Shown piece after piece: positions 1 to 12,019 of a stretch of 64,000 bases of DNA. This DNA is from Mobula hypostoma (Eukaryota). The notes below the pieces were generated by a model. It did no database searches. It was not told the DNA's origin and saw nothing but the letters and a program-made list of their open reading frames with translations. The position numbers and the translations under genes were made by a program. Position 1 is the stretch's first letter. Each line of letters opens with the position of its first letter. Location of the stretch: contig NC_086106.1 in NCBI RefSeq assembly GCF_963921235.1, positions 25,854,001-25,918,000 on the forward strand, read 5' to 3'.

Positions 1-2400
1 TCTGACTTCCTTTGTCAACCACTGTGGCCAGTTTTCGCCCTTTGAATCCTTGCTTCTCGGGGGGGATGAACTGATTTTGCACCTTGTGCATTATTCCCAA
101 GAATACCTGCCATTGCTGTTCCACTGTCTTTTCTGCTAGGATATCCGACCAGTCAACTTTGGCCAGCTCCTCCCTCATGGCTCCATGGTCTCCTTTGTTC
201 AACAGCAATACTGACACTTCTAATCTGCCCTTATCCCTCTCAACTTACAGATAAAAACTTATCATATTATGGTCACTACCTCCTAACGGCTCCTTCACTT
301 CAAGATCACTTATCAAATCCTGTTTATTGCACAACACTAAATCCAGAATACCCTTATCCCTGGTCGGCTCTCGTACAAGCTGCTCCAAAAAATGCATCCC
401 GTGGGCACTCTACAAACTCCCTATCCTGAGGTCCAGTACCAACCTGATTTTCCCAGTTCACCTGCATATTGAAATCCCCCATAACTACTGTGACACTTCC
501 TTTGCCACATGCCATTGTTAACTCCCTATTCAACTTGCACCCAATATCCATGCTACTGTTTGGGGGCCTGTAGATAACACCTATTAGTGTCTTTTTGCCC
601 TTACTGTTCCTCAGTTCTATCCACACTGACTCTACTTCTCCTAATTCTATGTCCCCCCTTGCAAGGGACTGAATCTCAATTCCTCACGAAACGAACAAGG
701 CGACACCACCCCCTCTGCCCACCTTTCTGTCCCTTTAATAACGCTTATACACTTGTACATTCAGTTCCCAGGTCTGATCCCCCTGCAGCCATGTTTCCGT
801 TATCCCAACAACATCATGGTTACCCATTCGCTCCTGAGCTTCAAGCTCATCCGCCTTATTTCTGACACTTCGCGCATTCCGATATAGAATTTTAACCCAT
901 TTCTCCTCTCTCTGTTTAACTCGGTATTTATTGTGCATAACCCAGCTCCCCGAACTCTCACCGGGCTATACGCCCCTTCAATTTTGTTGTCCTTCTTAAA
1001 TTTACCTACTCTTTCTGCACATTTAACTCCATGCTCCGTCAGGCCATCCCTCTGCACATGCATCCTCCTTATCACTCATTCCGCCTCACCTTTCTCTATT
1101 TCACACTCAATATTCCGGAACCATGTAGACCTCACCTGTCCATTATACTTCACCTCGCTATACCCTCTCACATTCTGGATCGCTGCCCCCTGCAAATTTA
1201 ATTTAAACCCCCTCCCCAAGCAGCACTAGCAAATTTTCCTGCAAGAATGTTAGTCCCCCTCCAGTTCAGCTGTAAACGGTGCCGTCGGAACAGATCCCAC
1301 CTTCCATGAAACAAAGCCCAATTATCTAAAAACCTGAAGACCTTCCACCTGCACCATCCTCTCAGCCACGTATTGATCTGTATAATCCTTCTGTACCACG
1401 CCTCACTCCCACGTGGCACAGGTAAAAATCCTGAGATTGTTACCCTGGAGGTCCTGCCCTTCAGCTTCGCACCTAACTCCCTGAGCTCATTACGCAGGAC
1501 CCCCTCACTCTTCCTACCAACATCGTTGGTCCCTACATGGACCACAGCAACTGGATTCTTGCCCTCCCTCTCAAGAATAACCTGCACCCGATCTGAGATT
1601 TCCCGGACCCCGGCACCAGGGAGGCAACATACCATCCGATACTCCCGATCTCCCCCACAGAATCTCCTATCTGCCTCCCTGACTATAGAATCCCCTATCA
1701 CTACCGCTGTCCTCTCTTCCCTCCTCCCCTTCTGAGTCGAGGGTCCAACCTCGGTGCCAGAGACAGGACCACTGCAATTTGTTCCTGGTAGGTCATCCCC
1801 ACCAACAGTATCCAAAACGGTATATTTATTGTTGATGGGAATGGCCACAGGGGTGCTCTGCTCTCTCTACCTGCTGCCACTCGATCTTCTGACAGTCACC
1901 CAGTTGCCTACCTCCCGGGTATTTCGGTGTGACTACCTCCCGATAACTCTTATCTATCTCTGTCTCTGCCTCCCGAATGATCCGTAGTTCATCCAGCTCC
2001 AGTTCCAATTCCCTAACTCGCTCTGATAGGAGCTGCAGCTGGATGCACCTTCTGCAGATGTGGTCATCAGGGACAACTGCGTTGACCCTGACCTCGCACA
2101 TACTGCATACGGAGCACACCACTGCTCCAACTATCTCACCCATTACCTGATGCCAGATTAATCAGAATAAATGAAAAAGTACCTACCGACCTTACCTTTT
2201 TTCCTCAGCAGGCACGTACTCAGGCTCTCTGATTACCTCTCACCGAAGACCCCCTTACGCCGAAGCCCACTGAGCCAAATCAGCACTCCGCTCCCGCGCA
2301 CTCCGCGGCCCACGCCGGAAAGTGGCCTCTTTTGAAACTCCGCCCTTGACGCTGATGTCACCCGCGCATGCGCAGTTTTACCTTCCTCCTCAGGTAATGC
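1..2400 (-). mobile_element. CR1-clade LINE, 5' portion (5'UTR, ORF1 zinc-finger/leucine-zipper plus esterase, start of ORF2 endonuclease); runs off the window start
   Basis: ORF 1826-2143 has CxxC...CxxC followed by a heptad (VVCSVCSMC...HICRRCIQLQLLSERVRELELEL). ORF 1198-1848 is SGNH-esterase-like (VIGDSIVR, VHVGTND). ORF 354-626 is APE-like (GVIYRPPNSS, VMGDFN). Frameshifted. Confidence 0.9.
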
Positions 2401-2514
2401 CTAGGTAGTCCAGATCTTACTCGGCCTGCCTACAAAGGCTGATCCTCCGATCCTCCGATCTCCAGTCGTCCGTCGACCTCGAGCACTGCTGGCTCCCGCA
2501 CCGACACTGCCCGC

Positions 2515-4095
2515 GCCTGAAAGTCGTGATACGTGTTGGGGCAAACGACATAGGCAGGAAGAGCGATGATGTCCTGAACTGTGAGCTTCGGGAATTAGGC
2601 ACACCGCTGAAGAACAGGACCTCAAGTGTGGCGTTCTCAGGATTGCTGACAGTGATGGTAAGAATTGGAGGAGATGACAGTTGAATGCGTGGCTGAGGAT
2701 TTGGTGCAGGGAGCAGGGTTTTAGATTTTTGGAACATTGGGATCTCTTCTGAGGAACGTGAGACCTGTAGATATTGAATGGGTTGCACCTGAACTCGAGG
2801 GGGAGCATTAACATTGCAGGTAGGTTCGCTGGCATGGTTCGGGAGGGTTTAAACTAATTTTCAAGGGGGATGGGACCCAGAGCGATAGAGCAGTGAAAGA
2901 AGTGCATAGAGTGAAGCCAGATCTAACATATACAGAGGCTTTGAGGAAAGAGAAGCAGAATAAACGGTGTAAAGGCAGTAGGGTAGATGGGCTGAAATGT
3001 GTGTACCTCAACGCAAGAAGCATCAGGAACAAAGGTGATGAACTGAGAGCTTGGATACATACATGGAATTATGATGTAGTGGCCATTACATAGACATGGC
3101 TGGCACCAAGTCAGGAATGAATTCTCAATATTCCCGGATTCCAGGGCTCTAAAAAGGATAGAGAGGACGGAAAATGGAGAGGAGGGTTGGCATTACTGGT
3201 CAGGGATACAATTACAGCTACAGGAAGGGTGGGTAATGTAGCAAGATACTCTTTTGAGTCAGTATGGGTGGCAGTCAGGAAAAGGAAGGGAGCAGTTACT
3301 CTATTGCGTGTATTCTATAGGCGCCCTGGTAGCAGCAGAGATACAGAGGAACAGTTTGGGAGGCAGATTTTGGAAAGGTGCAAAAATAACAAGGTGTTCT
3401 AATGGGTGACATTAACTTCCCTAATATTGATTGGCACCAAGGGTTTAGATGGGACAGAGCTTGTAAAGTGTGTCCAGGACGGATTCCTGTCACAGTATGT
3501 CGACAGGCCGTATTGGGGGAATGCCATACTAGATCCAGTACTAGGTAATGAACCGGGTCAGGACACAGATCTCTCAGTGAGTGATCATCTGGGGGACAGT
3601 GACCACCGCTCCCTGGCCTTCAGAATTATTATGGAAAAGGATAGAATCAGAGAGGACAGGAAAATTTATTAATTTGGGAAGGGCAAATTATGAGGCTACA
3701 AGGCTAGAACTTGTGGGTGTGAATTGGGATGATGTTTTTGCAGGGAAATGTACTATGGACATGTGGTCGATGTTTAGAGATCTCTCGCAGAATGTTAGGG
3801 ATAAATTTGTCCCGGTGAGTACGATAAAGAATGGTAGGGTGAAAGAACCATGGGTGACAAGTGAAGTGGAAATCTAGTTAGGTGGAAGAAGGCAGCATAC
3901 ATGAGGTTTAGGAAGCAAGGATCAGATGGGTCTATTGAGTAATATAGGGAAGCAAGAAAGGAGCTTAAGAAGGGGCTGAGAAGAGCAAGAAGGGGGCATG
4001 AGAAGGCCTTTGCGAGTAGGGTAAAGGAAAACCGCAAGGCATTCTTCAATTATGTGAAGGAAAAAAAAGGATGACAGGAGTGAAGATAGGACCGA
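2515..4095 (+). mobile_element. CR1 LINE fragment, second subfamily (end of ORF1 esterase, ORF2 endonuclease and linker), degenerate
   Basis: Frames give YLNARSIRNKGDELRAWIHTWNYDVVAIT and FYRRPGSSRDTEEQFGRQILERCKN. Closely homologous to the minus-strand copy at 50150-53460. Confidence 0.85.
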
Positions 4096-5012
4096 TTAGA
4101 GACTCAGGGCCTGGGATAGGACTTGGACTAGGAGCACAGGACCCGGACATGGAACTTATAACAAGGAGCCCGGACGAGGAACTAGGAACTCTGGTACCAG
4201 AGTGTGGGCAGGGTCTTGGAACCTCGGACCCGGGTCCCGGGCCTAGGCTAGGACTCGGGACTATGATCTTGACAAGGACTCGGGAGGAGGACCTGGATCG
4301 GACTTGAAATTCGACTGGGACTTGGATCGGAATTGACACTCGACTGGAACCTGGAACACGAGGCCTCGACTTGGAGTAGACTGGAACACGAAGCCTTGAT
4401 TTCGACTGGACGAGAACACGAATCCTTCACCTGGACTGGACTGGACCACGAAGCCTTGAGTTGCACTGGACTGTAACACGAAACACAGAGCCGGGACCCC
4501 TCCTTGGATACAGGATATGGGGCCGGGACTCCTCTTAGACACGGAACACCGAGCCAGAAGCCCTCCTTGGGTAAAAGACATAGGGCCGGGACTCTTCTTA
4601 TGCCTAGAACACTAAACACGAAGACACAGAACTCGACTCAAGGTAGCGGCAAACAGCCGGACCTACCTAGCGAAGGCGAAGACATGAAGACACATGACTA
4701 CACAACAATAGACTGCTCCTTATATTGACGAGACAAGGCTCCAGTCTCACTCGGGCTGGTTAACTTGAGAGGGATTCTAACGAAGTCACAGATGAGGTTG
4801 CAGACAAGATTACAGACGAGGTCGCAGACGAAAGCTGCTGACAAATTTTCAGAGAGGTTTCAAACGAGGTTACAGACGAGGTAACTCATAGGTTTCTGAA
4901 AGGAACGGTCCAGGTCCCCGACGGAGCAAGGGAAAAACGGAATAACCGCAGTACCGAATCCACGGACCGGACCGTGAACCGGAATGCGCACTTCACGGAC
5001 TGGACCGTAACA
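4096..5012 (-). repeat. LTR-like or unclassified interspersed repeat with internal short tandem repeats
   Basis: The minus strand begins TGTTACGG at 5012, has a TATA-like AATATAAGG near 4720, and could end ...GTGTTACA at 4472. Degenerate ctggactggaacacgaagccttga repeats at 4300-4480. No PBS seen. Confidence 0.4.
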
Positions 5013-5794
5013 TCCATAAATTGCTCTTCTAAGTGGGAGCTGAACCAGGGAAGTCAGAACTGAGCCTATTTAGCCAGCGATCTGAATGGAACTGCGACAC
5101 GGTCCGTTTCTTAATAATTTACACTAATTCTAACGTATGTGCCGACCTCACAACTCTGTCCTTCATTGTACTTTAAATGATACTTCTTTTCTAGCAATGG
5201 ATCTCCGTCTTTGATCTGTCTTTCGTGACTCTCTTAAACTTTCATCGCCGTGGTACTCTGTGCCTGTCACTGTCTCTCTCTCGCTCTCTCTCTCTCTCTT
5301 CACGCTCCCTAGCTCTGTGGGTACATCCGTTTACAAGCTGCTAGTTCACTCGGTATTCCGGTATTCACTGTCAATCTGAAAAAAAAACAATTGTTCTCCA
5401 CTTTTAAGACTCGAATGTTAATAGAGTCCACGTGAAATTTATCTTCATCAGAAGGATTTACATGACAGCTTAGCCGATGCTGTCTAGTCACATGCACCTC
5501 AGTATCTCCAGGTTGCACTTATCTTCACTGTTAATCGCGCAAGCTCGTCAAAAATTATGACCATCCAAATGTTAACCGCACAATGTTGTTATAGGCAGCA
5601 GACACACAATATTGCTATGGACACTGAGATATAGTGAAAAACGTTTCGGAAAAATCCCACAGTAATCCGAGGTAGAGCTGAACTCAAGAAGTGTTCTTCA
5701 ATGTTTGGCGCATTTTGCTGCTGAATGCAGCATTTTAAGTCGACCACGTGATCCTTATGCTTTGTGCGTGCGGCTGTTCCAGTCTCCCAGCTAT

Positions 5795-5809
5795 GGCGCC
5801 CTCTAGTGA
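5795..5809 (-). promoter_or_regulatory. CTCF-consensus motif directly downstream of the V RSS
   Basis: Minus strand TCACTAGAGGGCGCC matches the CTCF core consensus CCASYAGRKGGCRS. Sequence match only. Confidence 0.65.
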
Positions 5810-5847
5810 TCACGAATCCGGACCCGCGGTGTCCCTGCAATTCTGTA

Positions 5848-6275
5848 GGGTGCATTGCACAGTGGTATACACCAGAGTCTGGGACAAGAACTCCAGATAT
5901 ATATATAAATGAGCTGACTCTGCCTCTGTCTTTATCAGCTGAAAATCTCGCCCAACATTCTGGAGGTTGCTCCAGTGTTCCTGAGCCATATACCTTCAGC
6001 ATTTACTTTTCGAGATATTCCGCGGTGCTGGGTGTATCAAAAATATTTGCATTAGTTCTTGAGTAATTGCAGTTTAGTGTTATGAGCTGACTTTCGTCAG
6101 CCGTGAATTTGGTAGCATGCTACATCGCTGAACCTTTCTCGTTCCTGCATTAAAGGACAAAATGCACTAATATCCCTGACTTGCACTGAACTCACGTGGC
6201 GCTCCATGGTCATATGAGCAGCGTCCTGCCTGTCAGGATGACGAATGTAATGAATACAAAACAAAGGGAGCACTT
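5848..6275 (-). pseudogene. TCR-type V pseudogene, family B (leader 6230-6275, V exon 5848-6144)
   Basis: Translates to ...TLNCNY...DSGVYHCAM. ATG is mutated to AAG, the donor reads GCAGGA, there is an in-frame TAG and frameshifts. RSS heptamer is TACAGAA (5841-5847) and the nonamer is lost. Confidence 0.88.
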
Positions 6276-7514
6276 TCTTCTGACTTCCGCCTCGATAGGA
6301 CGGCAGATAACTTCCAAGAAATTATCGCTATGTTAGGGAGTAAAATCGCATCAAAAATAGATTTCACAGAGCCCTGCTCAACGATTGGTAGCTAAAACGG
6401 AGCCGAGGCCCTATGAATACTATAAACAATCGGATTTGGTTGATTTCCGCCCTCTGCCTTTTTCCCCCACACTATAAACCTTTCTCCGCATCTCTCTCTC
6501 TCATTTTCTCTCCTCTCTCTCCCCTCCCTATCTCTCTCCATCTTTCTATTTATCTACCGTTCTCTCTTTCTCGCTCTTTCACTCTGTCTTCCTTTCTCAC
6601 TCACTTGCTCTCTCCCCACCTTCTTCTCTCTCACTTCAGCTCTCTTTCCGAACATTGATTTCTATTTATCTACCTCAATTTTTCGCTCCATGAATTCATT
6701 CTCGGTTGCTTTGCCTTTCCTCTCTCCCTTCTGACACCATGTCACTCCATATTATCCAGCGTATTACTGAGTCATCCACCATGTTATGACTTTCTATTGG
6801 TCCTGCTATTTATCTTATCAATAGCCTTTTAAGTCATTGACGTAATACCTTTCAATTTATTAGCCTCCCGCTGGATATTGCTTTTCAATAGCACACCAAA
6901 TATTTACTCCCTAATATTTTTCCATAAGTGAGCCAATCTCCTATCCATTGTAATAGACTCATTTGAGAATTTGTTTTCTGCAGTTTCTTCGGCCTCACAT
7001 CTTAATGATTCCCTTCTCAGAATATAAAGACCCTGTAAGTACAGTTCACCGTGTACCAGGACGGAAATCTTGCGAAGTGTTCAAAGTTGTGACCGTGTAT
7101 TGTAGACAACGAGGGGAAATGACTATTCAGATGTCTCAAAATCTTTTAACGTCTTATTTGTACCAACAAACTGAATTTAAGCCGAGATGCCTGCGATCCT
7201 GAGAGCGGCCAGATTAAGGCGAACGAGTGAACCTCCCTCGTTTTTGCGTCCATTCTTGATTCGCTCTCTAGTCAGCGGTCTGTACACCTGCTAGCGACTG
7301 TATTTCCGTGTCGATTATTCACCTTTAATGGTGCGTGCTGCAAGGCAGAAAGATACAATGAAGAGTCCGACGCAAGTGCCTCGGTCTTTTATCATTGAAC
7401 CATCTTCGTTCACTGCGCAAAGCAGTGGTAAACAGCAAAACATATTTTCTTTGTTTCTATGTTTCTAAGTTTCTATATCTTGACGTGCTCATGTGTCTCG
7501 CTTCCGACGGGATC

Positions 7515-7693
7515 CGAAAGACCATAAGACCATAAGATATAGGGACAGAAGTACGTCATTCTGCCCATCGAGTCTGCTCCGCCATTCAATCATGGACTGA
7601 TCCGATTCTTCCAGTCGTCGTCATTCCTCTGCCTTCTCTCCATACCCTTTGCTGTTCATGCTAGTCAAGAACTTAGCTATCTCTGCCATAAGT
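7515..7693 (-). mobile_element. CR1 3'-end fragment with (CCATAAGA)n-type tail
   Basis: gaccataagaccataagatatagggacagaagtacgtcatt... is homologous to 58630 onward and is cut off by the hAT element. Confidence 0.7.
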
Positions 7694-10102
7694 CAGTGGT
7701 CCCCAACCACCGCGCCGCGGACTGCTATCGGGCCACAAAGCATGTGCAACCGGGCCGCGGGGAAACTATATGATTTGGCTCTAGGAAACGATGTGAGTTC
7801 GCTGCACCTTACATCATTCCCCGTCACTCCCACTATTGAACTTGAACGCACGCGAGGTCTTTATTCACGCGAGGACATCAGTTTTTCATTAACCTGCAAC
7901 TACTCGATGAGTAAAAAACAAAACGTAGCTTGAGAGATTCTTTGAAAGAGATGGTAGGTGACATAAAAGGCCTAACGATGATGATAACGCAGAGACAACT
8001 GAGGCCGAGACGGCAAAAAAAAAACGGAAAGCTTCCTTCAACAGAAAATGCGACGAGTCGTCCATAAAAAGTGGCTTATTACGACCGGTGACTCGCACGC
8101 TCCAAGCCCCCTGTGTGTGTTTTATGGAGACAAACTGTCTAATCAGACAATGAAGCCCTCAAAACTGCGACGGAACTTTGAGTCCAAGCACCCTGCACTT
8201 AAAGACAAAGCTGTTGAGTTTTTTGAGCAGAAGAAACGTGATCAAGCCGAACAGAAGCAAGGGCTGAGAACCACCACATCCACAAATGCTGCTGAACTGA
8301 GAGAGTCGTACTTAGTGGCTAGCCGTATTGCTGAGGCTAAGAAGCCTTTCACTGTTGGTGAAGAATTGATTCTGCCTGCTGCAAAGACATCTGCCGTGAA
8401 CTGTTGGGAACAGCTCTTTCAGCTACCACAGTTTCAAGGAGAATCGATGACATAGCGGAGGACATCGAAGCACAGCTATTGGAACGGCTTAACTAGTCTG
8501 GTTTCGCTACCCGAGTCAGAGTTTGCTCCAGAAAGACAGTCTACACACTGTGTCACACACAGGGAAATGCTGGCTAGCCGACAAATGTCACCTGACCTTA
8601 ACAGCGTATTGAGTGACGTTGTTGAAGTTATCAATCACATCAAAGCAAAAGCCCTGAACTCACATCTGTCTGAGCAGCTTTGCGAGGAAATGGATACAGA
8701 GCACAAACGCCTTCTCTTACACACTGAAGTCAGGTGGCTATCAAGGGGGCCAGGGTTTTCGAGATAAGAGGCCAGCTACAGAGATTTCTTTCGAGAAAAA
8801 AGTCACCACTGGCAGCACACTTCAGTGACGAGGAGTGGACAGCAAAACTCGCTTATCTGTGTGACATCTTCAACCTGCTCAATGAACTCAATTTGTCACT
8901 TCAGGGAGGATGACAACTGTCTTCAAGTTGTCAGATGAAGTATGTGCTTTCACAGCCAAACTGGAACTGTGGAGCCGGCGAGTGGACAGGGGCATATTTG
9001 ACATGTTCCCAACATTAGCTGGGAATTTGGGAGAGACTGAGGCTTAGAGCTGGTGCGTGAAAACCTATCTTCGCTGTCGACGGATTTCGAGCGTTACTTC
9101 CCAACCGCAAATGACCTAAGACGTGTGAAGGAATGGGTCAGTGACCTATTTGTGAATATCCCAGGTGAAACATCTATGTCAGCGCGAGAAGAATATCAAC
9201 TCATCGAGCTTGCAAATGACAGTGGGCTAAAAAGTATGCTTGACATTACATCTCTTCAGGCATTCAGGTTCAAAGTCAAGGTTAAATATACTGAGATAGC
9301 CGCGAAAGCACTGAAAACGTTGCTTCCATTTCCAACATCATGTCTCTTCGAAGCGGAGTTTTCTGCAAAGAATGCAATGGAAACTAAATTGCAGAATAGG
9401 CTGGACATAAGGAACCCTCTTATAATTCATTTATCACTATATTCATGCGAGAAAAATATGCGCTATGTGTTTAATATGGCACAGTAAAAAGAAAAGTTCA
9501 AAGTTTCTCGGAAGTCCCCCATCTCACGCAGACGGGAGAAGGCGGAAAACTCTCCCTGCCATACCCGACCATACTCCGAATCTGCGTCGTCCGAAAACTT
9601 CGAACTCTGATCAGCCCTCCGACACCTAGCACAGAGCACCATCTCTGCCCGAACGTTTCGACCTCAGCCTCGGTCGCCAGCAGCAGGCAAAGCCGGGGAT
9701 TTTGGGGCCTAACCTTCGGAGATTCTCGAGCGCACAGGAACAACAGCAGCGAACCAGGCATTCCAGAAATTTCTCCAGATGTTCCTCTCCTTCTCACGCC
9801 TGTCTTCATCAAATCAATATTGTCCACCGCCCCTACTTAACAGATTCAATATCATTTTCACCGGAGAGCCGCGCGCGTCGCGCTGCCATCTTCTCCTCCC
9901 GCCTGGGCGTATCAGCCACTGACTGAGCGTATTAGATTGAGTGCATTAACCACGGATAAGTGACTTAGAGTTGACTTATCACCTATATTCCGGTCGTTAT
10001 TGACGACACCGACACCCCCCCCCCCCGCCCCCCCACGGGCAGTTCGCAAGAATACTGTCAATATTAAACCGTTCCGCGGTGCAATAAAGGTTGGGGTTCC
10101 TG
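7694..10102 (+). mobile_element. hAT DNA transposon, Buster/Charlie (ZBED5/SCAND3-like) family, degenerate
   Basis: Left TIR CAGTGGTCCCCAACC at 7694 and imperfect right TIR GGTTGGGGTTCCTG at 10089-10102. Transposase fragments GDSHAPSPLCV..LSNQTMKPSKLRRNFESKHP, LLLHTEVRWLSRG and LLPFPTSCLFEAEFS. No matching 8-bp TSD found. Confidence 0.85.
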
Positions 10103-10169
10103 CTCCAACAAACCCAAAGTTTGTGAGTGGCGCCGGATACTTAAGGGTTGAGTCAAGAAACTGCAAGGG

Positions 10170-11790
10170 TTAAGGAACCCTGCTGGCAGCTATGCACAAG
10201 CCTCCCGACAGTATATAGAATGTGGAGCACAGATTACAAGAGGAAATAGAAAAGACGTCTCAAAAGGGTAATGTTATGGTAGTCATGGGAGATGACAACA
10301 TGCAGGTTGATTGGGAAAGTCACGTTAGATATGGATCTCAAGAGAGTGAGTTTGTTGAATACCTATGAAACGACATTTTAGAGCAGATTGTCCATCACAC
10401 TGCAAGGCGATCAGTTGTACAGCATTGGGTGTTGTGCAATAAACTGGAGATGATTAGTGACCTTATGATAAAAGAACAATTTCAAAGCAGTGATCCCAAT
10501 ATGATTGAGTTCAACTTGAAATCTGCCAGTGAGATAGTAACGTCTGACGAAACAGTATTTCAGCACAGGAAAGGAAATTTCAGTGGTGTGACAGAGGAGT
10601 TGGCCAACGAATTTCGAACGCAGGACTTGAAAGGACAGGCTGCAAGGGAGCACAACAGCGCAGTAAGGGAGTGAATTTCTGCGGAAAATGAGAAAGAAGC
10701 CCGGTAGCACTATCCAAAAAAATGAGGAAATACGCAAATGGAAAAGTGGTGCACACGTGCCTGACAAGGGGCGTCAAAGCTAATGTAAAAGCAAAAGAGG
10801 GGGTATACAACTAAGCAAAACTTAGTAGCAAGACAGGGGATCAGGAGGCTTTCAAAACCCTAGAGAAACACTAAAAGAATCATTAAGAGGAAAGAAATTA
10901 TATATGAGCGCAAGCTAGCAAACAATATCAAAGTGGATAAAAAAAAAGGTTTTTTCAAGAATGTAAAAAAAATGAAAGTGAATTGACAGTGCCTATAGAA
11001 AGCAAGAAAATGAAGCAGAAGAAATAATGCTGGGAGACAAGTTGATGGCAGATGAATGATATGGGTATTTCGCTTCAGGCTTCACTGTGGAAGACCCGAG
11101 CAGCGGGTCAGACATTGAAGGGTGCAAGGGAAGACAGGTGAGTGCAGTTACAGTTACAAGGGTGAAGGTCCTCAAAACGCTGAAGGACAGAAGAGTATGT
11201 AAGTCATCCGAACCAGATGAACTGCCCTCCTTGCGCCCTGAAAGTAGTAGCTGTAGAGATTGCGGAGGCATTAGGAATGATTTTTCAAAATCATTGTCAA
11301 TGATATAGATGATGGAATAGATGGCTGTGTTGCCAAGTTTTGTAGATGTTACAAAGATTGATGGAAGGATACGTCGTTCTGAGGAAACATGCAGAGTACA
11401 GAAGGCCAGAAAGATGAGGAGAATGGGCAAGAGAGTGGCCGATGAAGTACAATGCACCAAAACGCACGTCATGCACATTGGTATAAGAAATAAATGTGCA
11501 GACTATTTTGTAAGCGGGGAAAAAATCCAAAAATCTCCGATGCAAAGAGACTTGGCGGATCCAAGTGCAGAACACCCTGACGGTTAACTTGCAGATAGAG
11601 TCGGTTGTGAGGAAGGAAAATAGAATGTTAGCATTCAATTCGAGATGTCCAGAATACATTAGCAGAGACGTAATACAGAAGTTTTATAAGACACGTGAGG
11701 CCTCACCTTGAGTATTCTGAACAATTTTGGGTTCGTATTCTAAAAAAAAGAAGCGCTGGCATTGGAAAGGGTTCAGAGGACATTCACATG
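10170..11790 (+). mobile_element. Old, internally deleted CR1 ORF2 fragment
   Basis: Remnants of VMGDFNMQVDW, WVLCNKLEMISDL and the RT C-terminus (YKTLVRPHLEYS..FW), with many stops. Confidence 0.75.
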
Positions 11791-11942
11791 GATGACACCG
11801 TCAGTCCCATAAGCAAAGCAGCTGTCCAACTAACTGAAGAATGTAGTCTGTAATTTCTCCCCTTTCCCCTGGAGTTTCACCTTCTTAACTCATTCACGTG
11901 ATAGTGGTGGATCTGTGTTTGCGCCCCGGTTTTCCGGCAAAG

Positions 11943-11957
11943 GGCTCCCTCTAGCGA
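11943..11957 (-). promoter_or_regulatory. CTCF-like motif 23 bp downstream of the RSS nonamer
   Basis: Minus strand TCGCTAGAGGGAGCC. Confidence 0.55.
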
Positions 11958-11980
11958 GCGCTCACTGCATCACGGAGGTC

Positions 11981-12019
11981 GGATATTCTCCAGAGCCGTC
12001 ATCGCCTTGCAACACTGTG
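11981..12019 (-). other. 23-RSS (CACAGTG-23-AGAATATCC)
   Basis: Perfect heptamer, exact 23-bp spacer, nonamer diverged from ACAAAAACC. Confidence 0.85.

Noticed and set aside
4290-4480. CRISPR-like repeat-spacer array
   Set aside because: The tandem repeats are degenerate, have no unique spacers and lie in eukaryotic DNA.
4071-4619. Low-complexity ORFs with GPGPG/LGLG repeats as a novel gene
   Set aside because: They are translations of tandem repeats within an LTR-like element, with no splice or domain support.
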